64,000 nucleotides of DNA. Origin: Phoronis australis. Its lineage: Eukaryota; Animalia; Phoronida. The notes under the pieces are model-generated. The model was given only the letters and a program-made list of their open reading frames with translations. It was not told the DNA's origin and made no database searches. A program made the position numbers and the translations under genes. The stretch covers positions 124,001-188,000 of the forward strand of contig NMRA01000415.1 of assembly GCA_002633005.1 (NCBI GenBank), written 5' to 3'. Below, in pieces: positions 1-14,200 of the stretch; the first letter of the stretch is position 1, and every line of letters starts with the position of its first letter.

Positions 1-1626
1 AGATTTATTACTAAGATAACGCCATACAAAGTATACTTGCCTGACAGTGAGCTTCAATTGCAATATTTTGTAAGCATACGAGTCGTGTTCGTCTGCTTCC
101 ATAGTATCTGTGGAGTAAGGCAAATTTCTACAGACTATCAACATGCATTGTCATCATAGCTCATAATATAGATCTAAATTGCACATTCAACTGGCTCACT
201 TTATGATTGCTATTATAACATGTCCTCTAGGTATTTATTTTACCAACAGTTGAATGTGTTCCAACCAAGTCAAAGCAACATTAAACCATGATTTCTGTCA
301 AAACAAGATTTTGATCTAGGCCACTCGCCATTACAAAATAAGTCTTGTCTTGTTTCTTACTCAGTTAAGAAATGATCTCTGAGCTCGGCAGAAAAATGAA
401 ATTGTAAATCTTAAGACCAAGCTCATAATCACGCTGTGACCTACAGCTGACCGGCCATCAGGATAGAGTAGCAGTTGGTTGTCATGCTGATACCACTTTG
501 CATGTCGATGCATATTCATCTTAGCACAGGGTCAAATAAATTAACCTAGTTTTACTGTCTCTGTTACATGAGTTCACATCCGTTGTGTAACACCACTAAT
601 TCAAAGTGTAAAGGCAAGCGGTAATATCATTGAAATATGGACAGTGTCACAAGTTTTGGATAAAAAATGTGAATTTTTTCTTTACATTTGATCTTTAATT
701 TGAATTGTGACGTTAACAAGCTGCACTGATTGGCTGCTTCCCGGTCAATACAACGCGGTAGTCATTTTGTAAACGCAGCTATTTTTGACAGTCTTCGCCC
801 ACAATTGTTTTTTGTTTGTGTTGCGCCGAACTGCATCTTTTTGCGTTTTTAAAATTCTCCACGGGTCTTATCACGTGCCCAAGATGATGGGATTGTGAGT
901 GAGTTCTTACATCGAAGAGCTCTCACTCCGAGGTTTTTATTTTCCTAAGATTAACCCTTGCAGTACAGACGCGAACTTCACGTTCCAGTGTGCCCTAAAC
1001 CCATGGACTTCGATGGCTCTAACTTCAAAACCATATGGTTACGATTTCCACGAACTTAGACAGTGACATCAAACACGGAATAACCACAGTTGAGGCTACA
1101 GCTTTGTTCAATTTGTTTTTAGTGCAAACGGTGACATTAAAATCTGCGCTAGTTACATGTATCAGTTCTTCGTTCACGTTGTCCCAAAAATAAATATTTT
1201 CTGTCAACAACAAATTGACAAGTCATGCAAAATAAAACAGTTTTGAACGGAAAGATGTGAATATGTGGTGAAGACGTATTTGTCTCTACACGGCATATGT
1301 GCCTGAATCTTTGGTAAAGTGATAGCGATGTCGAAAAAATGATAGAAAATAAACCAAAGTGCAGAATAATTCTTCTGTGCTCAGCTGAAAGAAGACCTAC
1401 AACAATTTTTTGAAACAGCACTCAATCTTAAAACAATTCTAGCACGAGTGCGCTTCATCAGAAATGCCAAGCACGTACATCATTGTAAGACAGAGACGTT
1501 GGTGTTTCTGTACGTCCACAAAAATGCTTTAAGCAGTGTGTACAAATCTGTTCATTTCGCTGATCTACACTGACGAATACGCCCAACACGGCGTTTTAAA
1601 AAAAGTCCACTTTTGAGGGCATTTTC

Positions 1627-1877
1627 AACAAGAGCAACGCGGAGCGTTGAAATGCGCCCACAATTGCACCGCATACGGTATCCTTCTAGGGTTGTTTATT
1701 GGTACCATAAAGTGGCCAGTAGAGGGCATACTTTGCAAAATGGAAAGGCATGGTCATTGTCTCCTCAATAGGCTAGGGGCAAAATGTGAGTAATCTTCAT
1801 AATACAAGCACATCCTATACACCAGTTGCTTAAAGCACCACAGAAACATAGAATTAAAAACAAATTTACCAACATAC
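1627..1877 (+). repeat. Dispersed repeat copy, near-identical to ~17449-17709; 5' part of the ACAAGAGC-start family
   Basis: Shared acaagagcaa..gagcgttgaaatgcgcccaca...aaatttaccaacatac; this copy stops at the N at 1878. Confidence 0.8.
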
Positions 1878-2359
1878 NGAATTACCGTATATGTTATAAC
1901 TGTGAATAGCACGTACGCGTACAATAAGCCATTCACATTAATTTATATCTGATCACAATTCACCCACTGCTTTGAAAATAAACAATCGTTTGGATAATTT
2001 TCAGAAAGAACGTGAACTAAAATGCTAAGACATATCATAGTCCAGATTCTATTTCGAAGACTGCTTTTGTAAGAAAGAAACTCTCAACAGGAGAAGTTTG
2101 TAATGACACGTAAATAAATATAACTTTTACCCCTTGGAGTAGACGCGAAACGCTAAGTATTGTGTTCTTAGTCCAAAGGGCTCGGCCTTGGTGCAAAGCT
2201 CTTTACTAAATTAAATATAAAACCTTGCGCCGTTGTGGGTAAAAACTGACCGAATAAAATCTTCGTTGAGTAATCTAAATTATTTAAATATTCCCCTCTT
2301 CCCCCCCAAGACCTTTTATGATACTTTGGTGCCACATTGGGAACTCCTTACCAGCGTCG

Positions 2360-2830
2360 CAAAAATTGCTTTTCTACAATTATTCTGCTGCTAAAATTGT
2401 GGTGTGATCTTTTGCGTCGACTTTCGGCGCAGTGAAATATTGCATCACTATTAGCCAGTTTCTTTTTCCCAGATTCTTCAATGAAACGTTCTCCCTCGAT
2501 GTTGCGTAAACGTCACAACAAATGATCAGAATTGGTTTCACTTCATTATAATTATGTTTTTGGAATTTGATATCAGTAAACCGAATTTTAAAACAAATTT
2601 TGCTGCGATGTTTTCATCATCTAATGGGAGATGTTCAAAAAATTCTGGAAGTGGCGCGTGTCAAAATGAGGTCGGATATTTTTCGCTTTAACTGCCGTAA
2701 CGGGCAAGGTGAATGTCAATTGAGTTCCAGATTTTGCATGCACACCCGCCGGTCTTTAGCTCATATTCATACGAGCTTCACGACGAGGTGACAAGCGTAA
2801 CTATTCGGGCTGCGTGCAATTTCGAGGTCT
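2360..2830 (+). mobile_element. Non-autonomous repeat copy; empty-site paralog of the element at ~28.3-29.4 kb
   Basis: Shares aacgggcaaggtga.tgtc..ttga.t.ccagattttgcatgcacacc...gtctttagct...ggctgcgtgcaatttcg with 28770-29420. Ends are approximate. Confidence 0.7.
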
Positions 2831-3657
2831 GTCGGTGCTCAACACTGACACAGTACCTTGCTGTATATTGACTGTAGTCTTCATACAGCCAGCTAGATAG
2901 GAAGGCTCTAGCTTCGAAACAATTTTTTACTCCGAAAGTGACAACAAATTCAGAATGATGATGGATCATGAATGACACTATAACCGATTACATTCTTCCG
3001 TATTCATGCGCCCATGACCTTGATCTCTGCGCTATGTTAAAACCATTGTTTATGTCGTTCTTAAAATAAACTTTTGTTCTACTGCTGTACCAACATATTA
3101 AGAAATTATACAAAAATAAACAATAATTATCTGCGGTAAAGCGCAATATACAGCGTGATGAAGTGATGATCAAGAGCAATAACGGATGCATGCGAATGCG
3201 TGCTGCTTGTTGAGCATTCCGCTGCATGAAAACACTTGAGGTCGAAAAACAGCCAGCATTGTATTCTGATTTTTGTGCAATATTTTGCTGTAAAATTTCA
3301 AATTTCATGCTTGTTTTTACGCATAATGTACTGTGTAAAAAGTCTCATACTAAGAGACAGAAATTATGCTTCTGCGATATGACTTAACGTTTGATTTTAC
3401 CACGCCTTCAGTAATTCAACATAAAGTTTACGTTGGTGTAATGTCACGCACTTCGTGTTTGTAGGTTGATTCAATTTTACCACCTTTCAATAGTTGAACA
3501 AAAGTTGATAAACCGATGTCAAGACCAGAGTTGCCACAGGTGAACGAACAGCGAACAGTTAAAATTTTGTTTGGCCAAAGTTCACCCGCTAAGTCATAAA
3601 ATGGTAATTGCCGACCAAGGACACGCTTAATCCGAATTGGTCGTCTACGCTAGGCGA

Positions 3658-3813
3658 CCACTTAGCCGACCAAAGTGCCGCCCACAGAGGCGACTCATAA
3701 GACGGCTCCTAGGTGACCGTTGTTGGTCAGCTGCTGGTCGGCTAGACGACCAATCGACGGCCGGTCGTCAACCAATTTCCAACCGGTCAGACAAAATTCC
3801 GTGATGTGTGCTG
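3658..3813 (+). repeat. GC-rich 'gccgacc' repeat, second copy at 33473-33608; MITE-like, ends CTG|TA
   Basis: Direct similarity ccacttagccgacc...cgtgatgtgtgctg followed by TA in both copies. Confidence 0.8.
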
Positions 3814-4860
3814 TACTTTTGATTCAACTCTTCAATGACATCATTTGCAAGTCGATTCTCGTGAAGTTTTGCATCACTTGCAATCTCCAAAACTTTGCTT
3901 GACACCTTGAATAAGCTGTATAACTGACTATACCAAACCACATGGTGGCCAATGCTAGCACCATTCAGTGACCATCACACAAAGAAATATTCGGCATTAC
4001 GTTTATTAGTTTTATAAATTTTGAACAATTTTTTTGTAAAGAGCTGAGACATCTCTAATCAACCACACAAAGGTGCAAAACTGGCATATTGTATATATCT
4101 GAGTGAATTTCTGGCAAAAATGAATCTCCACCATGAGCTGGGAGACTCTAATTGAGAGCTCCAGTTAAATTTTCACAAGTAACGTAATTCTGTGACAAGC
4201 TCAGGACACATAATTATTCGGATGTCACTTGTTATTTTCTGGATCATAAGTCAAATCCAAATGCTTTAAAAACACCGGTAGAGATTCTCATTAACAGATT
4301 GACTGTACGACTTACTCCAGGACAATATGTGTTGTAATGCTGATAATTTTTCAATTGAAGATAAGTGCAACGCTCCAGAGCTGAGATCACGTCTTTGTAA
4401 TCGAATCTCGAGTCGAAGAGTGATGGCCAATTCTATGGCACACTGTGACTGAACTTACACATTTGTACTCGAATCCCTTGAGTCTCAGTCGAGTCCAGAA
4501 TTCAAAGATTAGACCCTGGTACCAGGTCTTTTTAAACTACTGGAGCCATGAGAATGTACGTAATACTATGCATGCAGCTTGGAAGCTGAGCATTTTTTGC
4601 TTGCAGGGACGCATGCAGCTGGGCTAGGTGCATTATTGACTGGAGATACAGCACTGTCTATCACACTATTCAATCATCTAAACAAAGCAGAGTTAATAAG
4701 CATACGCTATAACGAGCACAGCCATGATCTAGAGATAACAACCCAAGCTCATGCAGAAGCTCATTTCAGGTCACTTATCCATCTTATCTCCTCCCCAAGG
4801 CTCCAAATATCATGTAAAAGTCTGGTATATTCGGTATAAGTAATACCATATTGATTAAGA

Positions 4861-5073
4861 AATTCCTGGTCCTGCAAGACGCCTCAGTGGATCCTCACTC
4901 CAGACCACTTACCAATTCCTGGTCCCTCAAGACGCCCAAGTGATTTCTAACTCTTGATCACTAACCAGTTCCTGGTCCTGCAAGACGCCCGAGTGGTTCC
5001 TCACTCCAGATCACTTACCAAATTCCTGGTCCCTCAAAACGCCCAAGTGGTTCCTAGTTCCGGATCACTTACC
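4861..5073. repeat. 4 x 53-bp tandem repeat with ABAB pattern, abutting the last traced STAT exon
   Basis: Units start at 4861, 4914, 4967 and 5020 (aattcctggtcc...cacttacc); units 1/3 and 2/4 are the most alike. Confidence 0.92.
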
Positions 5074-5276
5074 AGTTTTTTTCTCCATCAAAGCCTTTAA
5101 AGGCGCAAATGCCTCGTCAAAGGGTCTGTTGGGGTACACGTAGTCCAGAGGTACTTTGTTGCCTGTGCCGTGCACCAGACCATCCGACTCCAAAATGGAG
5201 CTAAGGTAACAATACAGGTTCATTGTGGAGAGTGAGCAGGCTGGGAAAGGCTCAAGAAAACTCACTGTCGGGGTGC
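5073..5276 (-). CDS. STAT: STAT SH2 exon 2
   Basis: LEPF...L...L...LDYVYPNRPFDEAF (cf. L.YLYP..PKDEAF); candidate donor g|gtaagt. Confidence 0.88.
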
Positions 5277-8200
5277 CTGTTGACAAGTTGCAGTAATTCA
5301 GCATACAACACTAATACCAGATGAGTAAACAAAGAAAGTAGAGTGTATTTACTACTTGCATGAATTTGCCGTTATGCTTGAAATAGAGGTTTTATATAAA
5401 AACTACATTCTTATGATTCTCCATTGTTTAGAAACCGTGCGCTTTCACGTATGCGTTGTTAAAATTGTTGCTAAAATGAGGCATTGTGTCCTAAACAATG
5501 CACAGCATTAGTTTTTGCAGCGCCACCAAAACGTCCAAGCACTGAATAGTGGGCAATGTTTTTTATACCCACAATGCAACACAAGTATCAAGCATTTGCT
5601 GTGGCTTCCCATTCAAATGTACTAATCGCTGTCACATCTAATTATCCCAATGATAATGTAATTCATAATTGTAATGGAAGAAAGATTTCATTATTGCAAT
5701 GTCAGTTCACTAAGAAATTGGCAACAAGAGTAACACCGCGGTGCTTACAAGTTTCATGAAATACAATATAACATACTAGTCAATTGGATCACTGATGGAC
5801 GCCCAGGTAGAGCAACGTATCATGTGGGCGCATAAAAAGGAAAACGTAAAAACTTTGTTGAAACATGTTAGAATTTTGTACAAGGTGAGGCAAAAACGAG
5901 CTGAATGTCCTATTTCTCATCAGGCTAATTTTTGCTTGTTTCCCTTTGACATCTGATGACACTGTTTATTTTTGGAATCCTTATAAACCATAGACACATT
6001 GTATAATGGTTCCGAAAGTAGGCCTATGGGCCACGATAGCTTCCAATAAATGTTCATGGATCGCAATCAGAACAATGGAGTCTTACATCCGTCGTCTTTT
6101 AATGTATTGTAAGCCACCACTAGACTTCCTCCAAACGTTGACGATTCATTTTCTTCAATCTTGGAGTCACTGAACCGCAAGATGAAGTTATTGCTGTGAA
6201 GCCTTGGTTCTCGTAACTTTTTCTTGGTCTCCTTTTTGCTGATGAACCCCTCAACCAAACTGAAAACAAAAAGAAAATGGCTAAAATTCAAACCTACTGA
6301 CTTCAACACAGGAATTCAAGGTAGACAAACTCTCCCCTCAAAAACTCCACTTATTCTCTCATTAACTATGAAGCTAATTTCTCATCGGCACATTCTCACA
6401 ACAAACTGATCTTTTCTCATGTCTTGCGATTCAGTTCCAGTTAATAGAATTCATTTCTCATTAACTATGCAAAAGCCAAGTGCTCAATTGTAAGTAATGC
6501 CTCATTTTACACATTACAGCAAGCATGTACCAAGTACATGGAGTAAAGAACGCCTGCGTTTTAACTGAAGAGGTATGACTTGTTTAAATTCCTGAGAATG
6601 GAGTGCAGCACTACCTTTTTAAGTGAAGGATTTCGATGTCAAATTTTGGCGACTTAGAATTCATTTAGCGGCCTGGAATTTACACCACGTGTGACTTGTA
6701 GTTTTTGTAAAAACCTAAGCGTCGAGCGTTGTCAACCTATAATTTGCAGCCCTTATCCACATCTCTTTTGTTATTGAGAAAATTCAACTCACAACTCGCT
6801 TTCCAACTGAGAACATCATAAGTTTGTTTTAACTTGAGGATGGAAAGTGGTACAATTGGGCTGGAAATTTGGTCACCTTCACAAGTTCTTGAATTATCTG
6901 CTTACCCGAGACTCAACTAAGACGTTATTTTATGAGCATCAAAACCAGCCATACTTAAGTCTTCTTTCTACTAGACTTGTACCTACCCTAGGGCCCATGC
7001 GGTCTTTAAATGTTGCACACAGAGGTTGTGCACGGCATAGAACCACTTCCAGAATGAAAACTGTAAACAGTCCATGTTTTTCTGAAACACAAATTGGAAC
7101 ACCAACTGCACATTACAGTCATACACAAAGGACCCCAAAATTATTCAAACAAAATTACCATCATGACACCAGGGCAGGAGCACAGTTCATGGTCAGAGCC
7201 AATTAAAAGCCTTCCCTCCTAAAAGAATGAAGGGAAATACACAGGAAAGTTCACAGAGGCTAACCCAACCAAGGACGAAGAGGAAAAATTTCAAGATGAA
7301 GTATTGTTTGACAAATATATAGGCTGGTGTGATAGAATTGTTAAATTTAAATAAAAAATGAAAAAAAAAATTAAATGAAAAAGTCAAAATAATAGTAAAA
7401 AGAGGCAGAAAAGAGGAATCTGGAAATGAAATAAGAGGAAATCGAAACTAAAATAAAGGGGAATTCCTCTTAAAGGAGGAAAATTCCAAGCCCTCACTAT
7501 TGTCACCATAACAGTCATTTTCGTTGTTAACTATATTAGACGTAATGGTGGAGAATTAGGTATTCTTTCTGATTACTTTTGTCGTGTACAGTAACTGTAA
7601 TTCAGCCTTAGAAGTGGAAAGATAAAGGGCACCAAAGTAGAAAATGGAAATAATGACATAAGTCTGGTAAAGAACTATTTAGAACTACGATTTAGTCCAA
7701 GGTCTAATTGGTAGAAAAATTTGGCAGACATTTTTGCAATAAACTGAAAAGTCTAAAAATGAAAAACATGTTAACCACAATGGCACATTCGATTAATAGA
7801 ATGTGCAAGACGCTCCACCAAGCAAGGACTGCCATATTGTGACCCCTCATTGTAGCTATTCCAGGCATGGTACCAGTCAGAGCTCTACAAATGAACAGAG
7901 CCGTAATATTTATAGCTATTATATGACGCTTTGGGTATGTGGAGTAACACGATGAAGACCAATCGTTCTAACTTCCAACACTTCAAGCTCCAGCAAACAG
8001 CATTTCGATAATTAATCACCAGCTCAAAAATCCCTTCTAATACATGCGCAAGATACAAGATGGCGCCACTTTAATAGTAGCAGCTTTTACAGTTGGTGAT
8101 TGTCCAGTTATTTTGCACACACGTAATAGGGTTGTAATGGATTACACAGCGACACTCGAACCTCGCTGTATTTACTCACAATGCTGCAACCATCTGTCAG

Positions 8201-11200
8201 GCAAATTTGCAAGACTCGTTTTCAGTTGGAGCCACTGGAGTTTCACATATTTCTCAGTTGCATTACTCTATTCGTCCTTCCAACGCCAACGAACTAATAA
8301 CGCTGTGCTGTGGGATGCAACTCCGACTTCATTAAAGTTAATTGAAAAACTGGTTAATACCAGTGGAAGCGCGATCTGAAATTCACGCACTTTCTTATCT
8401 TTGGGACAAAGGAGAGGTCTATCGCCGTGTAATCTGGTTGTTTTTCTACCATCCAACGGTTGATAACTTTTCTGGAACTAATAGAAAATGGTGTTTTATG
8501 ATACCTACACACTTCAAACCATGACGGTAATAAATAATCCAAAAATTTCTTAATATCGACTCTTGCGCAGAGCTTTGACAACATAAAATTTCACTTAATG
8601 TACAAATTTTTTTAGCTTAAAGTGTCGTTGCCCTTGTGAGTGACAGTTAGATTTCGCTACCCTTGTGAGTGACAGTTGCAACTGACCTTCCAGAAGTTGC
8701 TCCAAGAAACCTCTCGACTTGAGTTCGCTGAAAAAATTATCATCGTCAATGAGGAGGTTGAACTTCACTAGGTTTCGCTAGTCAAAAGCTAAAGACATAT
8801 CTACACAAACTTGGTAAATCACGTGGATCCCTTATCATACTAATGCATTAAGCTCATAAATTCCTTTCTGCTCTCAATCTATTCAGAAGTCAAGGAGATA
8901 TAGAAAGAAACAGAGAGAGAGAGCTTTATTCATTATCACCACATAGTGAATAAGGAGTAACCTGTTGAGCACATGGTATTTAAATATTGCTCAAACCTGT
9001 ACCAAAGTGTCATTTCAAGCTCCACGCATACAGCAGTCACTAGAGAGACAGTGTAATTGTTCTGTTAGTACACAAGACAAGGTATGACAAGGCAGGTCAC
9101 TTTGCATCCCGAACATACGGTCTCAAACAATAACCAACAATTGGTTATTTCTAAGCCCTGACACTTAAAATTAGTTCCCATTTCAGAAACGAGCAAGCTA
9201 AAGCCAGTTTATAGCTGTAAGTCGACTCAGTCAAATCTAACTTTTCCTACGGAATGTAGATTTATGGAAAGTACAATGAATGGGCAAAAGAAACACTTGG
9301 AAACACACAATTTTAATGCAAGTCTATGTACATGTAGGATTGACCTTTCTACTGATACTATGACATGTCATATAAACAAAGGATTGTGGGATAACAGTCA
9401 TCAAAAACTGCTCTGCCAACAAAGGTAGATAAACAATCTGTAAAAATAAGAATAGTTTAGAAGACAGTGTGCCAAGGAGCCAGAGATTCTTACTGACAAA
9501 AAAGTTATCATCTACTCAAAATTAAACGACCAATTTTCTGAGCGGATGATCACTTGTTTGACACTCTCTGAATTCTTGATTGGACGGCTTGCATTCCGCA
9601 AGTCTACGCTGCAGGATGCATAAACATTCGATTCCTGCTGCCTGCAATGTTACTTAGTTGCCTGCATAACCTGTAGGCATATGGGCTCAAATATCTCTAA
9701 TAATTTGACCAGCATCTTTCCCAATGGTCACTTAATAAAAACACTGACAAGAGAATAACTTACAAGGGCCAAACATCTTGGACTCAAGGCAGGCTATGTG
9801 GTTCATTGTGAGACCTCGGCCGACTGTCTTGAGGAACCTCTCACTGAGAATCCGGCTTACTTTGCTCCACGGCACGCGGTCCGGAACTTGGAAGGAGGTG
9901 CGCTCCTGGGCAAGGCCATATGATATGTTATGCACGCACAAATTAACTTTTTGAAAGCTGTAAGTTGTTCATTCAAGAAGTCTTCTGGTAAGTTGTAACA
10001 CTGACCTCACATTTAGTCATTTTACATTTCGTATTTGTGTAAGCTACTACTCAAAGTGTATAGATTCAAGGTGGTAAAATTGAAAAAATGGGGATCATGC
10101 TGAGCGTGGACAAAGAAATGGGAAAACTTTTTTGAAGTCGAGGTGCCCTATTCTGGTTAACAACTGGAGAGACCATGATTTTCATACATGAATCTGTACA
10201 TATTTCTGTTTTTATGTATTTGTAATAGCATACCTAAGTATTGGAATACTTATGTTAGATGCTACTTAATTGTATATACCTCTATGTATATTAGTTTCAT
10301 TTATGAATTGTTTACAACCCAGATATAATGCTTCGCGGTTTCAGGGTTTGTTATTATTTCTCTGTATGTTCTGTGTATTCTTCAATAAATATATATCACA
10401 CTGAAAAAAAAACGTTTTCGCCTGATCATGCTGCATAAAGTACAGTCATTTCTGTGATATGATGTTCCCAAGTCAGTCAAGTTTGGACAGTTTTCTGAAG
10501 TCCTAAGTAACTATTAATAATTTAGTACAGCTTACAATGCATCTACATGCGATTATATAATGAGTGTCAGAGATGCATCTGTCACAACAAAAGTGTGTTA
10601 TTCTAACCTCAAACTGTAGACCTTAGTTGTCATTTTAAAAAGAGTCTCTTCTTAGGTTTAGAAAACAATGCAACTGCGATATAAACATAATCAGGCAAGC
10701 AAAAAAAACTGTTTTTCACTTTAATTAAGCGAGGAATGACTCGTTTTAAAACCTAGTATTAAATTTTTTCAATATTATATCTGTGACCAATGCAGAAGCT
10801 GCCTTCTGGATTTTAAAAATTCATGGTACCCAGTTTTCCACATAAAATGGGCTGTCAATTTGCACGAGTACTCAACTAGGAAAACTGATCAAGTAACCCT
10901 CAATTTTCAAAAAACAAATTAACCTCAATTAATTTTAAGTATTTGTTAAATACTCATTTATCAAAGTCCTATCAAAATCAAGAAATTAATTATTCTTAAT
11001 GAGTCCAGATCCTAACGAATGATTTTAGCTCTCAACACAATAGTGCAATTTGCTCGCCAGCATTTCAGAATCTAGTACAATGATTTCAATTGAAATTTTA
11101 GTGAATGACTGGTTTTTACGTATTAGTTGACTCCTGTCGGTGAATGAATCTCCCCAAAATGACCCAACATTACCCCCCAGCTTTTCAAAAGACCTTTCAT

Positions 11201-14200
11201 ACCAACTTAACTCTTGTATGAGCGGAGCGTTAACGTTAACTGCGGAGTTAATTGAATCATTCATACCAGCTTCAGTAAATGGTAGGTGACGTTGCCATCA
11301 GTGCAAGGTAGCACAGATGCATCGTGTGGATGCTAACGTTTTTAACATAATGACAATTTGGGAACATTTACTTGTGTGCTAACTGACATAAAAGTTATTT
11401 CTAATTCCATTGGCCGACTTTAACCGCTCATACTGACCGCAACTTCCCATAACATCTGACGTTAGTACTAAAGGCCCTTAAGAATTTTATTTATAGCTTG
11501 GTTTAACATTAATTCAAACAGTGCAAGGTTTAACATTAATTTAAACAGAGCAAGCATAAATACCAACAAATGGTAGCAAAATCCTAAAACTAGAGACTTT
11601 AAGTCATCATGTGACCGTAATAACCAAAACAAGTTGTCATCGTCATCCATGAACTCTATCCCACTACAAAAATTAAGTCCGACTCTAGTACACTGGTCTT
11701 TAAAAAGACTAACCGGGTCAGCAAAGGCGTTGTCCCAGAAAAGAGCAGCAGCAGCCGTCCAATCTTGAGAGGTTTGAGTTGTGACAACAATAGGCAGCGA
11801 CCGGATCTAGAGATCAATAACAATAAAAACTATTTTCATACAAGTTGGGTGTGTACAGTAAAATCTCACAATATGGCAGACAAGATAATGTTCTATTTTC
11901 TCTTTTTTGATTTACCAACAAGTTCAAGTTTTGTACCATGACAGCTATATATCATCAGAAAATATTTTGATTGTGCATCACATTTGAAACCAATCCTGCA
12001 AGCGGGCCCTGTATTGAATTGATTCAGGCAAATTCATTAGCATTACGCGCCCACGCTTCCTGATACCATTTGAATCCCAACCTGATTAAATTGATTAAAA
12101 GATTTCCGTGTAAATGGACTATTCATATAATACCTGGAGTTGGCGTTCGTGTCCAAACCCGTCGTCTGGAATAACGACAGTTGCCTGCAGGCCATATTTC
12201 TGCTCCCAGACGGACTTTTTGTCACCTTGGCAACGGGTGAAGCCAATCACCTGTGAACAGATGTTGAACCACGATCAAAACTGCTTTGCCGACAAGGGTG
12301 GGTCCCTGTAATCCCAGGCTTAAACTTAACAAAGTATGATGCTAGCTAGGTCACTCTGCAATTACAATTAAATGTTATTTTCTGCCATATTATGGTTATT
12401 ACCAGTCATTTTTCTGCTAACAGAATTAACCGCCGTGACAGAGTAACGATGTATAGTGTGGATCATGTACTCCTCCAAACACCTGTGTGTGTTCTCGAAG
12501 CTATAATCATAATATAACCCGTTTGAATGTGCCAGAACATATAAAACCCTGGCTTATGCTTCGGTGTAGACGTCATAACCTACATACCTGCAATTTACTG
12601 TAATCAGCTGAGCAAGACCAGTCCATTCTACCCGCGGCACACACCAGGGGGCAGGCACTGTTGCTAATATTACCATGCTTGTGTCTCAACTTAGAATCCA
12701 AATCCGGGGTACAGAAGTTGTGGTCACAGTCAAAAGAAAGCACAACATTTGGTTGTGCTTTGTCACCCAGCAAGGTTTTGCCAATGAGGAACCTTGAATC
12801 AGAGATCAACATTAACCAGGAGAGCTGCAAAAGTTTGTTTCCAAAAATCACGAAAAACGAATGCTTGAAACACTATACTCTGAAGTTTTTGTACTTGATG
12901 CAGAATCATAAAGATTTGTCATAAGATAAACACATGTTAGGCTCTGCTGTACACATAATTACATCGTTGGTTTCATTTTATTCAAACAATAGCAAAAAAG
13001 TCATGTGCACTGAAAGCAAACACTGTAACTGGCATGTCCCAAACTATGTGAATCTAAATTTGAAAACATGCTTAGTAGTTTGTCTCAGTTCATTTGTATA
13101 GGGTCTTTATCACACGCCTCAGGAAACTTTTAATTTAAAAACACAAACCAAAATTCTATTTCACACAATGGCAATGGAGAACGGCGCCAGGCTGTCAAGA
13201 CAAGATGGATGTACTTAAACCTTAGCGTTGGAGAATTCATTGAGTCATAGAAACTCAAAATTTATATCCGAAACACAAAAACATCAGATTCTGAATTAGT
13301 TTTTCAAACACTTCACTTATTCACTGAACAACTGATTCACTGCTCTCTGACTCAGAACTTGACAGCGTGTAGGCCTACAATTCTACTCATGGCAACAGAT
13401 TGTAACTTCTGCAACAGGTGACAGCTTGCACGCGTGCAGTTCTATACACTTGCCACCTGACACTTACTAATTGAACTGCAATCTAGTAAATGGTGAGCTA
13501 CATGATTACTTATCGTCTGCACACTGGTTTTGGAACAGCTCCAGCAAGGTAGGCTCATTGCCACATGGCGCTGTACAGTTACTCTGTCATTTTCAAAATA
13601 TATTAATCAAACACTATGGAACCGTTGTCGGCAAAATTTTAACATGTACTTAATGGACATTTTTTGATCGCCAATTGGCAACACAGCAAATCTGCAGTTG
13701 CTGTCGCTAATGATGATGAAAAACACGACTTTTCGAGCACTACTTCATTTCCATTTTTCAAGGGCTGACAACCTTGTTGCAAATAACTCTAGAAACATAA
13801 TAAGTTGTTGAATTTGTTGAGAAATTTGGAAAAAACAGAACTCTGATTTTCGACCCCAGAGCCATAATAAAACAGGTTAGAATAAAACTGACCTGATTTT
13901 TAACTCGAATTCCTTCGTCTGTTTCCTGCTGCCCATTTTCAAATTTTGCTTTGGCTGCGCTTCAAACACAAATGCACTACAATGAAGATGGGAGAGTAGC
14001 CCAGTGATGACATTCTCTTAACAGTCACACATTGAATGATGTTAACAGCAGAGAATTGAAGAATATTTACTCATGGGGCATGATATTTAGCTTAACACTA
14101 ACACGACAAATGTGACCTGTCAAAACTATCGGATTGCCAAACAGGACATGAGGTCGTCAAAGCACGGAAACCCAATGTGCAGTAAATCCTCAAATGATGC

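Noticed and set aside
4568-4660. Possible terminal STAT exon (DSAVSPVNNAPSP...)
   Set aside because: The phase and SP motifs fit, but the acceptor is weak and there is no Tyr motif; not supportable without transcripts.
8268-8376. Candidate STAT exon (IALPLVLTSF...)
   Set aside because: No STAT similarity; the flanking exons 8687-8727 and 6987-7081 already join in phase with continuous homology.
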